This document shows positions 37,918-48,661 of a DNA stretch of 64,000 bases, piece after piece. The notes beneath the pieces are model-generated. The model saw only the letters and a list, made by a program, of their open reading frames with translations, made no database searches and was not told where the DNA came from. This DNA is from Phycisphaerae bacterium (GTDB lineage: Bacteria > Planctomycetota > Phycisphaerae > UBA1845): positions 32,001-96,000 of the forward strand of contig CAXXGO010000003.1 in the NCBI GenBank assembly GCA_963666835.2, given 5' to 3'. The position numbers were made by a program, and so were the translations under genes. Numbering within the stretch: the first letter of the stretch is position 1; the number at the start of each line of letters is the position of its first letter.

Positions 37918-39618
37918 ATGGCATCAACGGGCATCAGGCGTGCGCTGATCAGCGTTTATGATAAAACCGGAGTCGTCGATTTCGCCCGGGCTCTTTCGGA
38001 TGAGTTCGAGGTCGAGATTCTCTCGACCGGCGGGACCGCCGCTTTGCTCAAAGAGAACAAGATCCCCGTTACGCTGGTGGAAGAGGTTACCGGCTTTCCG
38101 GAGATGATGGACGGTCGGGTGAAGACCCTGCATCCCAGGATTCACGCCGGTATTCTGGCGGACCGGACTAACCCCGACCACCTTCGTCAGCTTCAAGAGC
38201 AGGGAATCAAGCCGATCGATATGGTCGTGGTGAATCTGTACCCCTTCGAGAAGACCGTTGCGGATGCGGCCTGTACCCTGGCGCAGGCGATCGAGATGAT
38301 CGACATCGGCGGTCCGTGCCTGCTGCGGGCGGCCGCGAAGAACAACCGGTGCGTGCTGCCCGTGGCCCATCAGGACTGTTACGAGGATTGCCTCGCGTTC
38401 CTGCGCGGAGAGCTGGACGACGACGAGGCGAACTTTCGAAGCCATCTGGCCTGCTTCACCTTCGGCCTGACGGCGGCATACGACATGGACGTCCATCGGT
38501 ACTTCGCGGAGAACGGCGAGTGGGCTTGCGAGGATGACGGAGAGTCTGCAGGTGCTGAGGGAACGCTGCCGGAAGACGGTGAGGGACTGTTTCTTTCGTG
38601 GCCCCAGTCGGCCAGACTCCGCTACGGAGAGAATCCGCACCAAGATGCGTGTTTCCTCATCCAAGACCGGATTGAAGACGGGTGCCTGGCGCCGGAGAAG
38701 GTCCTGTCCGGCGCGGAAGTTTCGTTTAACAACTATGCGGATGCGGGGGCGGCCCTCGATCTGTGCAAGGAGCTGACGCGCGAGTTGGCGGGAGGATCGC
38801 CGGGGCGGGCGGTTTGCGTCTTTGCCAAACACACGAATCCGTGTGGGGTCGGCATAGCCGAGGACTCGATTGAAGCCTGCCGACGGGCGTACTTGGGGGA
38901 TCCCAACGCCGCGATGGGGGGCATCCTGGCCTGCAATACGCCGGTCTCAGAGGATTTCGCGACCGCGGTCATGGAAACTTACGATCGGTGGGGAAAGGCT
39001 GCAGGAGCCGGAGGGTTCTTCGTAGAGGTGTGGTTGGCGCCTTCGTTTTCCGAGGAGGCTTTTGCCGTGATTAATACCCGAAAGAAGTGGGGCGAGCGCG
39101 TCCGTCTTTTCGGGGTCGGAGATATGACCGCGACGCCGGCGGCGGAAGGTCACACGGCCAAGACGGTCGTCGGCGGGATGCTCATCCAAACGCCGGACCT
39201 GCTCGGGCTTAACGAAGATCAATGGAATGTCGTTACCAAGCGGACTCCGACGGATGCGGAGATGGCCGATTTGCGGTTGGCATGGTTAGCGTGCAAGCAC
39301 ACCAAGAGCAATGCGATTACCGTGTGTAAGGACGACATGTTGCTGGGCAACGGGGCCGGACAGATGAGCCGGGTGATGAGCTGCCGAATCGCTACGTGGA
39401 TGGCTAAGGAGAACGGTCACGCCGATCGGCTTATGGGGGCCTCGGCCGCATCGGATGCGTTCTTCCCGTTCCGCGACGGGCCGGACATCCTGGCGGATGC
39501 CGGCGTGACGGCTCTCATCCAGCCGGGTGGTTCGAAACGTGATGAGGATACGATCAAAGCTTGCGATGAACGAGGTCTGGCGATGATCTTTACCGGCACC
39601 CGGCATTTTCGGCATTAG
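37918..39618 (+). CDS. purH: Bifunctional AICAR transformylase / IMP cyclohydrolase
   Basis: [67 protein letters not shown]. Confidence 0.97.
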   Translation: MASTGIRRALISVYDKTGVVDFARALSDEFEVEILSTGGTAALLKENKIPVTLVEEVTGFPEMMDGRVKTLHPRIHAGILADRTNPDHLRQLQEQGIKPIDMVVVNLYPFEKTVADAACTLAQAIEMIDIGGPCLLRAAAKNNRCVLPVAHQDCYEDCLAFLRGELDDDEANFRSHLACFTFGLTAAYDMDVHRYFAENGEWACEDDGESAGAEGTLPEDGEGLFLSWPQSARLRYGENPHQDACFLIQDRIEDGCLAPEKVLSGAEVSFNNYADAGAALDLCKELTRELAGGSPGRAVCVFAKHTNPCGVGIAEDSIEACRRAYLGDPNAAMGGILACNTPVSEDFATAVMETYDRWGKAAGAGGFFVEVWLAPSFSEEAFAVINTRKKWGERVRLFGVGDMTATPAAEGHTAKTVVGGMLIQTPDLLGLNEDQWNVVTKRTPTDAEMADLRLAWLACKHTKSNAITVCKDDMLLGNGAGQMSRVMSCRIATWMAKENGHADRLMGASAASDAFFPFRDGPDILADAGVTALIQPGGSKRDEDTIKACDERGLAMIFTGTRHFRH

Positions 39619-39673
39619 CGGATTAAGGCCGGTCATCAAGTCGTGGCCGTTCGATGTAGGGAGGGATGAGCCC

Positions 39674-40219
39674 GTGAGGCTGTATACGAAGCACGGCGAT
39701 GACGGGTCCACCATGCTGGTCGGGGGGCGCCGCGTTGCCAAATGTGACCTGCGAGTAGCCGCCTACGGCGACGTTGACGAGACGAACGCGGCGATTGGTA
39801 TTGTGATCGCCGCTTGTCGGGATGAAGAGGACATTGCCATGCTCCGCCGGATCCAGGCGGATCTCTTCTTGCTCGGCGGCGAGCTGGCGGCTCCGGACGG
39901 CGTTGAGGAGTGCCGCCGGATCGACGAAGCCCACTCTCAGCGGTTGGAGGTCTGGATCGACGCTGCAACCGGCAAAGTGCCTCCTTTGCGCAGTTTCACC
40001 CTGCCGGGCGGAACCGAGGCGGCGGTGGCGTTCCACTTAGCCCGGGCGGTGTGCCGGCGGGCGGAACGTGCGGTAGTGGCACTGGCCGGGGCGGAGCCCG
40101 TTCGCAGAGAGGTTGTAGTCTACTTGAATCGGTTAAGCGATTTGCTCTTCGCGTGTGCTCGGCTAGCGAATCACCGTGCCGGCGTGGCGGAGATTCCCTG
40201 GGAGGTCCCCAAGGGATAG
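39674..40219 (+). CDS. PduO-type ATP:cob(I)alamin adenosyltransferase
   Basis: LYTKHGDDGST, AYGDVDETNAAIG, F.LPGG, RAVCRRAER, YLNRLSDLLF. Confidence 0.93.
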   Translation: MRLYTKHGDDGSTMLVGGRRVAKCDLRVAAYGDVDETNAAIGIVIAACRDEEDIAMLRRIQADLFLLGGELAAPDGVEECRRIDEAHSQRLEVWIDAATGKVPPLRSFTLPGGTEAAVAFHLARAVCRRAERAVVALAGAEPVRREVVVYLNRLSDLLFACARLANHRAGVAEIPWEVPKG

Positions 40220-40296
40220 ACTTTCGGAAGCGGGGCGGATAAACCGAACCGGCGAGCGCAATATTCGTAGTATGACCGAAGCGGGGACCCCGAAAC

Positions 40297-43200
40297 ATGA
40301 GTATCACTCGCATCCTCGACCCTAAGGCCCTTGCTCCTCTGCATGTGGTTCTGATCTGCCTGGTCGCGGCAACAGTGGCTGGTGGATCCTGGTTCCTCAG
40401 CGCGGCGGAATCGAAGACCCTCGTTGATGGAGCGGTAGAATGGCGGGTCGACTCGCCGTTGCGTGCCGTCGTAAGCCTGCTCTGTCTGGGGTACGCGTTC
40501 CCCACAATCCACGCCGGCGCTGTCAAGGTCTACATTCTGGGGCTAGGGGCCGGGTTGGCGCTGTTGGCCGTTGCCTTGGCGATTCTGGTCGGGGGTCGGA
40601 GTGGTGACCAGGATTCGACGGAGGGCGATTTCGTTGTTGCCGACCCGGATTCCGGCTCGGCACCGGCCAAGTCGCATTTTGCTCCACTTACAGCCGCACA
40701 ACTTCTGGCCGTGATGTACCTGCTCTGGTCGTTTGCCAGCAGTCGCTGGTCGGCGGCGCCGGAGTTTGCCGTTGGCGGCAGCGTCCTGCTGAGCATCTTC
40801 TTCCTCTGGGCGCTCGCGCTGGGGAATGGGATGAACGTCTACGCGGCGCGCCTTACCTCGTGGATCATCGTAGGCGTAACGGGGGTAACGGCCGTCGTAG
40901 CGATCTGGTATTTCTACGGTCGAAACCCGGCAATACGTGCGAAGTTTCCGTTTGGTAACCCGAACTTCCTGTCGGCATGCCTGGTTCCGGGCTTGCTTCT
41001 CGGCGGGACTTGGGCTTGCGGGGCGATCGGGGGTCTCAAGCGAGGTTGGAGCCCCCGCGCTTTTGCGGCGCTGGTGGTGTCGTTGGCCGTCATTGCTTTG
41101 GGACTTTGGGCGTTCGTTCTGGCGGGGTCGCGCGGGCCGGCATTAGGGCTTGTCGTCGGTACGCTGGCGGTTTTGTTCTTTGCGCTACGCGGCTGGGGCA
41201 AACTCCTTCCGCTGGTATTGGTGTTGGCCTTGGCATCGTTTTCCTGGTTCTATTACTCGTCCGTCAAGGACGCGGAGACTCCGGGCGGGCGCAGCACGAG
41301 CTTGCGCTTTAGGACGTACGCCTGGGGGTACGCCTGGCAGATGTTCACCGAGAAGCCGTGGACCGGTCACGGTCAGGGCGGCTTCGTTTTGGGCGGAGAC
41401 ACCCATGCCGTTGATGATGTGCTCGATGATCCTCTGGTTTTCAGGGCTCGTATCGCCCACGCCCACAATGAGTGGCTGGAGGTCATGGCGGATCTGGGGA
41501 TGGTGGGCCTTGTCTTGTTGGGGGCGTCGTTGGCTTTGACGCTTCGTGCCGGCGCTTTGGCACTTAGAGAACGCAAGGCCGGGGAGGACCGCTGGGCATT
41601 GTTGGGGCTGATGGGGGCGTTGGTGGGGCTGGTGATCGAGGAGACGTTCGGGGTCGGGCTGCGGGTCTCGGGAGTGCCGACCCTGTTCTACACGGTCGTC
41701 GGTCTGATCTGGGCGATGAGCGGTCGCTCGCCGGGTTTGGTCGATCGTCTTTCAGCGCGGCACGGATGTCGGGTGGTTTGCGGATCGGCAAGTGTGGTCT
41801 TTGCGTTGGCGATTCTGGTCAACGCTCAGTTGGACTTCTGGGACGCCCGGAACGCCTATCAGGCCGAACAAGCCATCGAGACGGGCGATTACGACGAGGC
41901 CATCCGTTTGGCCGGGGCGGCGCGGAGTCGATTGAATCCTCAGCGCGCCCTCAGTGGCTTCTATCGGCTGAGCGAAGCGCACATGTTGGCAGCGCGGAAG
42001 CTGCAAGGACGCGCTGCTGATCGCGAAGCCCGTGCCGGTGGGGATGATCTTGCGGATCAGAAACTCGTCGCCCTGGCTCAGATGGATCGCGATCTCAGTG
42101 AGCAGCACTGTGTAGCGGGGAGCCTCGCTCTGAAGGAACTGGTGCAACGTTCCCCCGGCTATCTCAATCATGGGCATGTGGAATATTGGCTGAACATCGT
42201 CAGAGCGGACAACGCGGCCGCACGGAATGACCATGAAGGCCGGCAACTTGCTCTGCGTAACGCCGTTGCCGCGATCCAACGCGAGGTCAAACGCCAGCCC
42301 TTCAGCCCCGCAACGGCCATCGATTTAGCGCGCGTGATGGGCTTCGGCGTGGATGCCGCCGGCAAGTTGGAGGTGCTGGCCAGGTCGTTGAGGTATAATC
42401 GGATTACGGCGAGGTATGTCGAGGTGCTGTTGGCGCTGATGACCGAGCCTGAGTTTGAGCGGCAGTTCTTCGAACTTACCGGCAAGGCTCGGGAGGCTCT
42501 CGTTTCTCCGGGCGAGGGTGCGCCGGATACGGAACCGGTTCTGGTTTGGTCTCCGGAGGTGCTCCGCCTGGCAGCGACGGTTCACTTCCAGCGTGGTGAA
42601 TTCGCGCAGGCGGCGGACGTGCTCAGCGTAGCGGCGAACGCGTACGAAGCACTTGCGACACGCGCTCCGTTGGGGGCGGCTAGCTGTTTTGCGGAGCTGG
42701 CTGATTGCCAGTTCTATGCCGATTGGAGGAATCCCGGCCCGGCGATCAGCAGCGCGGAGCGGGCTCGCACGCTTGCCCCGAGCTCGTGGCGCGGTCGGGA
42801 TCTGCGCGAGGGACTTAACGAGCGATTGATCGACTTCTATCTGGCGGCCGGACGGGAAACCGATGCCCGCGATCTGCTACGCGAGACCGCCACGCAACAA
42901 GTTACCGAGGAGATGGTCCTGGCGGAACTGGCCCTGCGCTATCGAGGGATGGTGGACGGGTTGCTTCGCAGAGAAAGCGCTGCTGCCGAAGGTCCGCTTC
43001 CCGTGGAGCACCTTGATGCCTATCAGGCGTGGATCGAGCGCAGCATCGTTATGAACGCCGACGATTCTGTTTGTCGTCTTATCCTGGCTGAGCTGGCGTT
43101 TCTCCGGGGGGACAGCAATGGGGCGGCGGATTACCTCGTTGAGGGGCTGCGGCACGGCTTGACCGTGGACTTGGCGATGGAGTTCCTTGAGGCGGCGCGG

Positions 43201-43341
43201 TCGCGCGACCCTCAGAATGCGGCGCTTAAGGAGCTGTGGGACTCACTGAATCCGAAGGCGCCCGAGCCTCCTGAGAAGAGCGACACCTCTGCTGGGGCGG
43301 AGTCGTTGCTGAAGGCTCTCAAGTCCTCCAAACGTGATTGA
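40297..43341 (+). CDS. O-antigen ligase (Wzy_C) family membrane protein with long TPR-like helical C-terminus
   Basis: FGNPNFL, GSRG, W..AWQMF.EKPWTGHGQGGF, HAHNEWLEVMADLGMVG; about 12 TM followed by about 480 aa helical region. Confidence 0.8.
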   Translation: MSITRILDPKALAPLHVVLICLVAATVAGGSWFLSAAESKTLVDGAVEWRVDSPLRAVVSLLCLGYAFPTIHAGAVKVYILGLGAGLALLAVALAILVGGRSGDQDSTEGDFVVADPDSGSAPAKSHFAPLTAAQLLAVMYLLWSFASSRWSAAPEFAVGGSVLLSIFFLWALALGNGMNVYAARLTSWIIVGVTGVTAVVAIWYFYGRNPAIRAKFPFGNPNFLSACLVPGLLLGGTWACGAIGGLKRGWSPRAFAALVVSLAVIALGLWAFVLAGSRGPALGLVVGTLAVLFFALRGWGKLLPLVLVLALASFSWFYYSSVKDAETPGGRSTSLRFRTYAWGYAWQMFTEKPWTGHGQGGFVLGGDTHAVDDVLDDPLVFRARIAHAHNEWLEVMADLGMVGLVLLGASLALTLRAGALALRERKAGEDRWALLGLMGALVGLVIEETFGVGLRVSGVPTLFYTVVGLIWAMSGRSPGLVDRLSARHGCRVVCGSASVVFALAILVNAQLDFWDARNAYQAEQAIETGDYDEAIRLAGAARSRLNPQRALSGFYRLSEAHMLAARKLQGRAADREARAGGDDLADQKLVALAQMDRDLSEQHCVAGSLALKELVQRSPGYLNHGHVEYWLNIVRADNAAARNDHEGRQLALRNAVAAIQREVKRQPFSPATAIDLARVMGFGVDAAGKLEVLARSLRYNRITARYVEVLLALMTEPEFERQFFELTGKAREALVSPGEGAPDTEPVLVWSPEVLRLAATVHFQRGEFAQAADVLSVAANAYEALATRAPLGAASCFAELADCQFYADWRNPGPAISSAERARTLAPSSWRGRDLREGLNERLIDFYLAAGRETDARDLLRETATQQVTEEMVLAELALRYRGMVDGLLRRESAAAEGPLPVEHLDAYQAWIERSIVMNADDSVCRLILAELAFLRGDSNGAADYLVEGLRHGLTVDLAMEFLEAARSRDPQNAALKELWDSLNPKAPEPPEKSDTSAGAESLLKALKSSKRD

Positions 43342-43459
43342 CGTTGGTCTTCGTGCCGCGGGCGGATTCTCGGTACGTCGTCCCGGATCCCACGATTCGT
43401 CCCGGGGACGGTACGCTTCCGTTAGGGCAACTCGCGACGTGGGCGCCAGTTCTTAATGC

Positions 43460-43479
43460 TGTAAGGACAGGAGCTTACA
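43460..43479. promoter_or_regulatory. Candidate transcription-factor operator upstream of nuoA
   Basis: Inverted repeat TGTAAG-N8-CTTACA. Confidence 0.35.
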
Positions 43480-43629
43480 TCGCCCATCGGTAAAAACTGC
43501 TTGAGCGGTGGGGCATGTTGTGTACATCCGGGACAGGCCATAGTACGATTTTAGCGCTCCAGGGATTGTGCGACGTCGTCGTCAAGACGGTGGTTGATGG
43601 GTCCGGATGAACCGTGAACTCCGAGAGAG

Positions 43630-44061
43630 GTGATCGCCTTGATTCCAGTCGCCTCGATTGAGCCCTATATAGCGATTGGCGCGACGATTTTGTTCGTGCT
43701 GGTGGTGTGCGTGGCGCAGCTTATCCTCGCCCATGCGATCCGGCCCAGGATATTCCATGGTCCCACCAAGGATAGCCCGTACGAGTCCGGGGTCCCGTTG
43801 GCGGAGAGCGTGCAACGCCGGTTCAACGTTCGGTTCTATCTGGTAGCGATGTTGTTCCTGCTGTTTGACGTTGAAGTCGTCTTCCTCTGGCCCTGGGCGC
43901 GCGTTTTCCACCATGCCGCCACCAACGACGCGATGATCCCTACCGATGGCGGTGTCGCCGTCGGCAAGGGCTTTTTGTTGATCGGAATGGGCATCTTCTT
44001 CGCGCTGCTCGTGTTCGGGTTGTTCTACGAGTGGAAGAGGGGGGCGCTCGAATGGGATTAA
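43630..44061 (+). CDS. nuoA: NADH-quinone oxidoreductase subunit A
   Basis: [38 protein letters not shown]. Confidence 0.95.
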   Translation: MIALIPVASIEPYIAIGATILFVLVVCVAQLILAHAIRPRIFHGPTKDSPYESGVPLAESVQRRFNVRFYLVAMLFLLFDVEVVFLWPWARVFHHAATNDAMIPTDGGVAVGKGFLLIGMGIFFALLVFGLFYEWKRGALEWD

Positions 44062-44633
44062 CACCGCCGCCTCGGGCTCCCCAGATGGCGAGCCGGGAGG
44101 ACTTTTTAACAACTCGGTTAGACTATCTCGTAGATCTAGTGCGGCAGTACGGGGTCAACTGGTGCCGCAAACACTCGCTCTGGCCTCTGCCGTTTGCGAC
44201 GGCGTGCTGCGGGATCGAGCTGATGGCTACCGGCGCCAGCCGGTACGACATCGCCCGGTTCGGCGCAGAGGTTATGCGGTTCACGCCTCGGCAGTGTGAC
44301 GTGTTTATCTGCGCCGGTCGTGTTTCGAACAAGATGATGCCGGTACTGCAACGGCTCTACATGCAGATGGCCGAGCCGAAATGGGTGATTAGTATGGGGG
44401 CGTGTGCGAGTTCGGGCGGGGTGTTCGACACCTATGCCGTGGTGCAGGGCATCGGCCAGTTTGTGCCGGTCGATGTCTATGTGCCGGGCTGCCCTCCGCG
44501 GCCGGAGACCCTCCTGGAGGCGCTGATGGCCCTTCAGCGGATCGTGGAGAAGGACGGCGTTAAGGGCGCCAGCGCGCGAAAGCGCGGGCTCGGGTTGGTT
44601 CTGGAACCGTCGGAAAGTGTGGGCGCGGACTGA
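44052..44633 (+). CDS. nuoB: NADH-quinone oxidoreductase subunit B
   Basis: [39 protein letters not shown]. Confidence 0.96.
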   Translation: MGLTPPPRAPQMASREDFLTTRLDYLVDLVRQYGVNWCRKHSLWPLPFATACCGIELMATGASRYDIARFGAEVMRFTPRQCDVFICAGRVSNKMMPVLQRLYMQMAEPKWVISMGACASSGGVFDTYAVVQGIGQFVPVDVYVPGCPPRPETLLEALMALQRIVEKDGVKGASARKRGLGLVLEPSESVGAD

Positions 44634-44667
44634 ACTGCGGAAGGTGAATCTGGTCGTAGCTCGTTCG

Positions 44668-45228
44668 ATGGCGTATTCGGTGGGAAGGCAGTTGGAAGCT
44701 AAGGCAAACGAAGTTTTGGCGGTCTTGTTGGGCGAGTTCGCGAACATTGACTTCGCGCCGGGGCCGCTTATGCCGGGAACGAAGGACGGGCGAGCCCAGT
44801 TCTGCGTGACCGTTTCGCCGGATCGATTGCTGGAGGTGATGCGTTTCTTGCACGATGACGCGCGGTGTCGCTTCGAGCAGGTGGCCGACCTGACCTGCGT
44901 TGATTACTCCGAGTTTCCCGAGGCGCGAGATCGTTACGGTGTGGTCTATACGCTGGTGTCGGTCAGTCGGGGGCAGCGTATTTGGGTGAAGTGTTATGCG
45001 AATGACCCGTCTCCGGAGGTTCCGTCGGTTACCGGAATATGGAAGGGAGCGGATTGGCCGGAACGTGAGGTTTTTGATCTGTTCGGGGTGCGGTTCACCG
45101 GCCATCCGGACCTGCGGCGCATCATGACTTGGGATGGGTTCGAAGCGCATCCGCTCCGAAAGGACTATCCCTTGCGTGGTTGCGGAGAGCGGGAGGAGTT
45201 CGAGGTCGTCAAGCGCGACGGTGCGTAA
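44668..45228 (+). CDS. nuoC: NADH-quinone oxidoreductase subunit C
   Basis: ADWPEREVFDLFGVRFTGHPDLRRI, HPLRKDYPL. Start uncertain (44644-44668). Confidence 0.95.
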   Translation: MAYSVGRQLEAKANEVLAVLLGEFANIDFAPGPLMPGTKDGRAQFCVTVSPDRLLEVMRFLHDDARCRFEQVADLTCVDYSEFPEARDRYGVVYTLVSVSRGQRIWVKCYANDPSPEVPSVTGIWKGADWPEREVFDLFGVRFTGHPDLRRIMTWDGFEAHPLRKDYPLRGCGEREEFEVVKRDGA

Positions 45229-45321
45229 GGCGTGTGATAGTGGAAGTGGGGTAGTTGGAGTGAGAGGCGCCGCGGGTTGTCCGACCTCTCATGGTTCGAG
45301 TCGTTTCGTAGGTTGCCGCTT

Positions 45322-46590
45322 ATGTCGGTGAAACCACAAACTGAGGTTCGCATAGGGGCGATGACCTATGCGCCCCAAGAGCCCGGCGGTGATGTTTGGG
45401 TCTTGAATCTAGGCCCGCAGCATCCGGCTACGCACACGACGCTGCGCCATGTGCTCGAGCTGGACGGCGAGACGGTGGTGAGCTGCACGGTACACATCGG
45501 CTACCTGCACAGCGGGTTCGAGAAACTCGGAGAGAGTCTGGATTACAACCAGTATGTCGTGGTGACCGATCGATTGAACTACGTCTCGCCGATGGCGAAT
45601 AACATCACGTGGCACCAGGCGTGCGAGCGACTCTTCGGCTTGGAGATAACCCCGCGCTGCAAAGCAATCCGTACGATCATAGCGGAACTTGCTCGTATTC
45701 AAGATCACCTGGTATGCGTCGGATGCTCCGGATTGGACCTGGGGGGCTACACGGCGTTCATGTATCCGTTCAACGTGCGCGAGGGGATTTACGATCTCTT
45801 CGAGGAGATCTGCGGGCATCGCTTCACTACGAGCTACACTCGCGTGGGCGGTCTTTCTCAGGACATTACCCCGGGATGGGCCGCCAGGGTGAAGGAGTAT
45901 TGCAGGATAGACCTGCCGCCGGCATTGGTCGATTTCGAGAAGCTGCTCACGCGAAACCGGATCTTTATCGAGCGGACGAAGGGGATCGGGTGCATCGACC
46001 ACGACGACGCGATCAACTGGGGGCTAACCGGTCCGTTGGCGCGGGCCAGCGGGGTCCGGCGCGATCTGCGCAAGGATGAGCCGTATCTCTGCTATGCGGA
46101 TAACTGGGACGGCAGAGGTTCCTCCGCGGTTGATTTCAAAGTTGCGATCGGTTCAGGCGGAGACTGCTTGGCGCGATATCTCGTGCGGCTGGCCGAGATG
46201 CGGGAGTCCATCAATATAATCCTGCAGTTGGTGGACAACATCCCCGAGGGGCCGGTGGACGTGGCTGCGGAAGAGAAGGTGTCGCTGCCGGACCGGAACG
46301 CGGTTTATACGAGCATCGAAGGGCTCATCCACCATTTCGAGAAGATCATGACGAATCGTGGGCTGCAGCCGCCCGTGGGCGAGTGTTACGACTCCAATGA
46401 GACCGCCAATGGGGAATTGGGGTTCTTTCTGGTGAGCGATGGGGGTAACACACCGTACCGGGTGCGGTGCCGGCCTCCGTCGTTTATGAATTACCAGTGT
46501 TTCCCGCAATTGGTGGTAGGGCATCGTCTTAGTGACGTGGTCGCGGTGTTGAGCGGTATGAATATCATCGCGGGAGAGTTGGATCGCTAG
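45322..46590 (+). CDS. nuoD: NADH-quinone oxidoreductase subunit D
   Basis: LNLGPQHPATH, IGYLHSGFEK, DRLNY, ETANGELG, C-terminal GELDR. Start 45322 or 45361. Confidence 0.95.
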   Translation: MSVKPQTEVRIGAMTYAPQEPGGDVWVLNLGPQHPATHTTLRHVLELDGETVVSCTVHIGYLHSGFEKLGESLDYNQYVVVTDRLNYVSPMANNITWHQACERLFGLEITPRCKAIRTIIAELARIQDHLVCVGCSGLDLGGYTAFMYPFNVREGIYDLFEEICGHRFTTSYTRVGGLSQDITPGWAARVKEYCRIDLPPALVDFEKLLTRNRIFIERTKGIGCIDHDDAINWGLTGPLARASGVRRDLRKDEPYLCYADNWDGRGSSAVDFKVAIGSGGDCLARYLVRLAEMRESINIILQLVDNIPEGPVDVAAEEKVSLPDRNAVYTSIEGLIHHFEKIMTNRGLQPPVGECYDSNETANGELGFFLVSDGGNTPYRVRCRPPSFMNYQCFPQLVVGHRLSDVVAVLSGMNIIAGELDR

Positions 46591-46624
46591 AAAGCGGACT
46601 TGCGATCGGTGGACGGTTTTGCGT

Positions 46625-47206
46625 ATGGCGTGGGAATCGATAGATAGGAACGAACCTGCTTTTGACCCGGATGCTCCTGCGGTCCTTACCGAGGCAGTCC
46701 GCGAGAAGATCCGGTTCTTCTTCGACCGGTATGAGACCAAACGCGCCGCTTTGTTGCCCGCCTTGCACGTGGTGCAGAATACGCTGGGATATGTATCACC
46801 GCAGGCGATGGCGGAGATCGCGGAGCTATTGGAGATCCCACCGGCCGAGGTGCTCAGCACGGCGTCGTTCTATACGCATTACTGGACGCATCCCAAGGGT
46901 GAGAAGGTCATCGTGGTCTGTCGTAGCATCTCGTGCGAGGTGATGGGTGGGGCGGCCGTGCTGGCGGAACTGAAGAGGTTGCTCAAGATCGAAGAGCATG
47001 AAACGACGCCGGACGGCAAGTACAGTCTGATGACCGAGGAGTGTCTGGCGGCGTGCGATCACGGGCCGTGTATGTTGATCAACGAGCGTCTGCATAAGCG
47101 GGTGCGCCCGGAGGACGTCGCGGCAATCTTGGCGGATCCGGACAACGATCGAGTGTCCATGGAGCGGAGTACGCTGTTTGATCCTCCGGAAGCTGCCGGC
47201 GAGTGA
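46625..47206 (+). CDS. nuoE: NADH-quinone oxidoreductase subunit E
   Basis: ASFYT; 2Fe-2S ligands CRSISC...ECLAACDHGP. Confidence 0.93.
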   Translation: MAWESIDRNEPAFDPDAPAVLTEAVREKIRFFFDRYETKRAALLPALHVVQNTLGYVSPQAMAEIAELLEIPPAEVLSTASFYTHYWTHPKGEKVIVVCRSISCEVMGGAAVLAELKRLLKIEEHETTPDGKYSLMTEECLAACDHGPCMLINERLHKRVRPEDVAAILADPDNDRVSMERSTLFDPPEAAGE

Positions 47207-47357
47207 TCGGGCGCCGCTTACACCGGAATTGAGGTTTTGCAGCGCAGCGCGACGAGGAGCGATTGAGGAACGGTTCTGAGCGAGCAAAAGGAAGGCACGT
47301 GCTCTTCCTTGGTGGCGTGCACGCGGGCGCGGCCCCGGCAGGGATGTTTATCAGGTA

Positions 47358-48620
47358 ATGGCGGGAGGACCGGAGAAGCCGTTAAGGGACGAGGCTGTTA
47401 CGGTTCACCCGCCGGGAAGTTCCGGCTCGGCAAAGTGGTTTTGGCTCGGAGCGGTGCTGGTAACGGTGGTGTTTCTGGGCCTGCTCGAATCGGAGCTATG
47501 GCGCCCGGAGGTGATTCTCGACGGCCGCCACAACGTGCAGATTGCCGAGGCGCAGGCGTGGCGGGAGGGCAGATTAGATCTGCCGATGAGGCTATGGGAT
47601 ACGGCGGAGAAAGACGGGAAAGTCTACAGTCACTTTCCGATCCTGTTTACGATGATCGGAACGGTGCTGCTACCGTTGTGTCACGGAGTTCCACACTGGT
47701 TTTTGCTGTTCTTCATGGCGTTGCCGGTGGCTCTGTTGGCGTACGTTCTGTTCTGTCGGATCACCGGGTCCGCCCTGCACGGGGCTCTGCTGGCAATTGC
47801 GCTGGTTTGCGGTACCTCGATCTGGCCGGTGGTGAATCAGTCGCTCAAAGGCGGCGGGGCGTACTATCCGAACCATGTGTTGGGCGTGGTCGGGATTCTG
47901 ATTCTGTTGGTCGAGTTTCACGGGCGTCAGCGCGTGGCGGTTGCGGGTGTCGGGCTGATTATCGCGACGCTGGCGCGTCAGTTAACCGCGGCGTTTGCCA
48001 TTCCCTTGATCTGGCTGGCGGTTCGAGAGCAGCCACCGACCCAACGTCGTCGACAACTGATCGCCTTGGTGGTTGTAGGAGCAATCGTGGCCGGCGTGCC
48101 GCTGGTGGTGAACACGCTGAAGTTCGGCAACCCGCTCGAAACCGGCTACATGCTGATCTACGAGGGCCGGCACGACGACACATTTGCGCGAGACGCCCAT
48201 CAGTACGGTCTGTTCTCGGCGCACTTCGTCCCGCGGAATGCGTATTACCTGAACCTGGGGTTTCCGAAGTTCTATCGAATAGTGATGGCCGGGAGGCCCG
48301 AGTACCACGTGCGGCACAACGAGATCGGCACGGGGATCTGGTGGACGGCGCCGCTATTGTTGTGGCTGTTCGTGGATCTGCGGAAGATCGTGCGCGACCC
48401 GGCGCGGCGGAGTCTGCTGGCCGCGGCGCTGGTCGTGTTTGCTGCGCTACTGTTTTTTCACACGACGGGGCAGACTCAGCGGGGGTACAATCGGTTCTCT
48501 TTGGATTTTCTGCCGGCTTTGATGGTGCTGGTCGCGCCGACGTGTTTTGTCGGGCGGCGGCGCTGGTTGACCCTGGCGTTCGTGGCGTGGAGCGTCATCT
48601 ACTTCCGTTGGCTGGTGTAG
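47358..48620 (+). CDS. Polytopic membrane protein, possibly GT-C fold glycosyltransferase-like, inserted in the nuo operon
   Basis: About 10 TM; loop with KVYSHFP, NTLKFGNPLETGY and GYNRFSLDFLP motifs; no resemblance to any Nuo subunit. Confidence 0.65.
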   Translation: MAGGPEKPLRDEAVTVHPPGSSGSAKWFWLGAVLVTVVFLGLLESELWRPEVILDGRHNVQIAEAQAWREGRLDLPMRLWDTAEKDGKVYSHFPILFTMIGTVLLPLCHGVPHWFLLFFMALPVALLAYVLFCRITGSALHGALLAIALVCGTSIWPVVNQSLKGGGAYYPNHVLGVVGILILLVEFHGRQRVAVAGVGLIIATLARQLTAAFAIPLIWLAVREQPPTQRRRQLIALVVVGAIVAGVPLVVNTLKFGNPLETGYMLIYEGRHDDTFARDAHQYGLFSAHFVPRNAYYLNLGFPKFYRIVMAGRPEYHVRHNEIGTGIWWTAPLLLWLFVDLRKIVRDPARRSLLAAALVVFAALLFFHTTGQTQRGYNRFSLDFLPALMVLVAPTCFVGRRRWLTLAFVAWSVIYFRWLV

Positions 48621-48661
48621 GCCGCCCGGTAGAGAGTTTGCGGTTGAGCTAGAAGGGCGAT

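Noticed and set aside
47309..48652. 447-aa alternative-frame ORF in the nuoE-nuoF gap
   Set aside because: Arg/Gly/Ala-rich off-frame composition; the 420-aa membrane ORF is the credible gene.
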